This document shows positions 62,382-64,000 of a DNA stretch of 64,000 nucleotides, piece by piece. The notes under the pieces are model-generated. The model was given only the letters and a program-made list of their open reading frames with translations, was not told the DNA's origin and ran no database searches. Each line of letters opens with the position of its first letter. Position 1 is the stretch's first letter. Source of the stretch: Gemmatimonadota bacterium. GTDB taxonomy: Bacteria; Gemmatimonadota; Gemmatimonadetes; Longimicrobiales; Gaopeijiaceae. The position numbers and the translations under genes are program-made. The DNA lies in assembly GCA_039587465.1 (NCBI GenBank), contig JBDHIL010000010.1:56511-120510 (forward strand). The letters run 5' to 3'.

Positions 62382-62597
62382 CTACCCCTCGCGGCGCCGC
62401 TTCTTGACCAGACGGAACTCGATCTGGCCCGAGGTCAGTGCCTCGAGGGACCGCGTGGTGAGCTTCTTCTCTTCCCCGAGAGGCATCGCGTCACGGGGCA
62501 GTGAGTTCAGCTCACGAGCGTACTTGGCCGCGACGAGGACACCGAGGTACTTGCTCTCGCTGCCCTTGGCGACCTCGGCGGGAGTGAATACATGCAT
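62382..62597 (-). CDS. rpoZ: DNA-directed RNA polymerase subunit omega
   Basis: 71 aa; SKYLGVLVAAKYAREL matches the RpoZ core; conserved gmk-rpoZ adjacency. Confidence 0.75.
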   Translation of the reverse strand: MHVFTPAEVAKGSESKYLGVLVAAKYARELNSLPRDAMPLGEEKKLTTRSLEALTSGQIEFRLVKKRRREG

Positions 62598-62606
62598 GTG
62601 GAACTC

Positions 62607-63275
62607 CTAGTTGCTGGTGTTGGTGTACGATTGTTCGAGGATTCGGCCAATCTCGCGCCGAAACCGGTTCAACTCCACCTCGAGGCCGGGCGCCCGCTCT
62701 GCGCGGTAAGCTTCGGCCCCGACGATATCCCGGATCGCCTCCAGGCAACGGTGCAAATCGTCGTTCACGACGATGTAGTCGAATTCCGAGGCGGCTTGGA
62801 GCTCGGACAGCGCTGATCTCAGCCTCCGCCCGACATCGGCGTCCCCTTCGGTCCTGCGTCCGGTGAGGCGGGCCATGAGGTCCTCCACGGAAGGCGGCAG
62901 CAGGAAGATGAGAGCAGCGTCACCCACGTTCGCGCGAACCTGCCTGGCGCCCTGCACATCGATGTCCAGAATGACGTGCCGACCTTCGTCCGCGGCACGC
63001 TCCAATTCCGCACGCGGGGTTCCGTAGAGGCTGCCGTGAACCTCGGCCCACTCGGCGAGCTCTCCGCGCTCCACCATGGCCTCGAACCGCGCCCGATCCA
63101 CGAAGTGATAGTCCACTCCGTCCCGCTCTCGTTCGCGGGGCGGCCGGGTGGTGGCGGACACGGAGAAGGTGAAGGTCTCATAGCCCTCGACGAGCCTCCT
63201 GGCGAGGGTGGTCTTGCCGGTGCCGCTGGGCGCCGCCAGAACCACGGGGAACGGACGGTAGGACAATCCGCTCAT
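62607..63275 (-). CDS. gmk: guanylate kinase
   Basis: P-loop APSGTGKTT, SATTRPPRE motif; start taken at MSGLSY. Confidence 0.9.
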   Translation of the reverse strand: MSGLSYRPFPVVLAAPSGTGKTTLARRLVEGYETFTFSVSATTRPPRERERDGVDYHFVDRARFEAMVERGELAEWAEVHGSLYGTPRAELERAADEGRHVILDIDVQGARQVRANVGDAALIFLLPPSVEDLMARLTGRRTEGDADVGRRLRSALSELQAASEFDYIVVNDDLHRCLEAIRDIVGAEAYRAERAPGLEVELNRFRREIGRILEQSYTNTSN

Positions 63276-64000
63276 TCGACGTTCTCCACCTGCTCCCGGA
63301 CCCGCTCGATTTCCTCCTTCAAGGCGACGGCGGCGTGCGCGATGACAGCGTCGTTCGCTTTGGATGCGATCGTGTTCGCTTCCCGCAGCATCTCCTGCAT
63401 CAGAAAGCCGAGTCGCTTCCCGATCGGCTCGAAGCCGTCGGCGTCCAGAGCGGCCCTGAACTGTGCCACGTGGGAGCGGAAACGGACGACCTCTTCGTTG
63501 ATGTCCCACTTGTCCGACAGGTATGCGATCTCGCGCGCGAGGCGATCTTCATCGACGTCGACGTGGTCCGACAGTTCACTCACCGCCTCACGGAGGCGCT
63601 GGCGCTCTGATTCGATTCGCTCGGGGGCCCGCGCCTCCACCGTCGCGATCTGGACAGCCATGCCGTCGAGCCGCTCGACCAGGTCGTCGTAGAGCTTGGC
63701 ACCCTCGGCCTCCCTCAGGGCGAGGAGATCCTGGGCAGCGGCATCGGCCAACTCCTGAAACACCTCGGCCTCGATGAGGGGCGGGCCGTCTGGCTCGGGA
63801 ACGCGGAACACGTCTCCGAACCGCGCCAGCATGCTCAGATCGACCGTACCCGGGACATCCAGCGAGTCGGCCACGGCCTGGAGAGCCGCCTGGTACTGCC
63901 TGGCCTTGTCGAGATCCACACGGAGCGCCTCCAAGGCGTCGGACTTCGAGCGATCGACCGACAGGTATGCGCTCACGTGACCACGGGCGACATGACGCCG
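63272..64000 (-). CDS. yicC: YicC/YloC family protein (probably runs off the window end)
   Basis: YicC C-terminal DUF1732-like region (GKRLGFLMQEMLREANTIASKAND); the ORF's apparent start at 63976 is GTG and the family is usually longer; conserved yicC-gmk-rpoZ-coaBC order. Confidence 0.7.
   Translation of the reverse strand, partial: RRHVARGHVSAYLSVDRSKSDALEALRVDLDKARQYQAALQAVADSLDVPGTVDLSMLARFGDVFRVPEPDGPPLIEAEVFQELADAAAQDLLALREAEGAKLYDDLVERLDGMAVQIATVEARAPERIESERQRLREAVSELSDHVDVDEDRLAREIAYLSDKWDINEEVVRFRSHVAQFRAALDADGFEPIGKRLGFLMQEMLREANTIASKANDAVIAHAAVALKEEIERVREQVENVE

Overview
High-GC (roughly 65-70%) bacterial chromosomal window made almost entirely of core housekeeping genes, nearly all on the minus strand; only dcd, an NfeD-like gene, a flotillin gene and rnhA are on the plus strand. 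Going up the coordinates it contains: the acpP-fabG-fabD-fabH-plsX-rpmF-yceD fatty-acid/ribosomal cluster, ndk, a CBS-pair protein, sucDC, a UPF0182-type giant membrane protein, a phosphomannomutase, a secreted PPC-like protein, the complete 14-gene nuoA-N NADH dehydrogenase operon, dcd, three tandem FKBP-type PPIase genes, an NfeD-like/flotillin pair, sdhCAB with mdh, moaA-moaE-moaD, an ECF sigma / zinc anti-sigma / LTXXQ (Spy/CpxP-like) envelope-stress module, HU, carA, rnhA, a gap of about 680 bp with no explained feature, lipB with a 2-oxoacid dehydrogenase E1alpha-E1beta-E2 cluster, secG-tpiA-pgk, a second ECF sigma gene paired with a 946-aa anti-sigma/TonB_C/TPR/GWxTD fusion inserted between pgk and gap, then comF-like, aroE, a low-molecular-weight protein tyrosine phosphatase, tsaC, ispD, dnaB, a family-4 uracil-DNA glycosylase, coaBC, rpoZ, gmk and a partial yicC. 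No rRNA, convincing tRNA, CRISPR array or transposase was seen. All product calls come from reading the supplied ORF translations against remembered family motifs; no searches were run. The gene content (GWxTD domain, type-B Sdh, FKBP lipoproteins, UPF0182) would fit a Gemmatimonadota-like high-GC organism, but that is inference. The most unusual items are the sigma/anti-sigma-TonB_C-GWxTD module splitting the usual gap-pgk-tpiA-secG block, a frameshift in sdhC at a 10-nt homopolymer, the unexplained 680-bp region with an AT-rich island between rnhA and lipB, and an Asp/His-rich DV-repeat loop in the NfeD-like protein encoded by a hexanucleotide DNA repeat.
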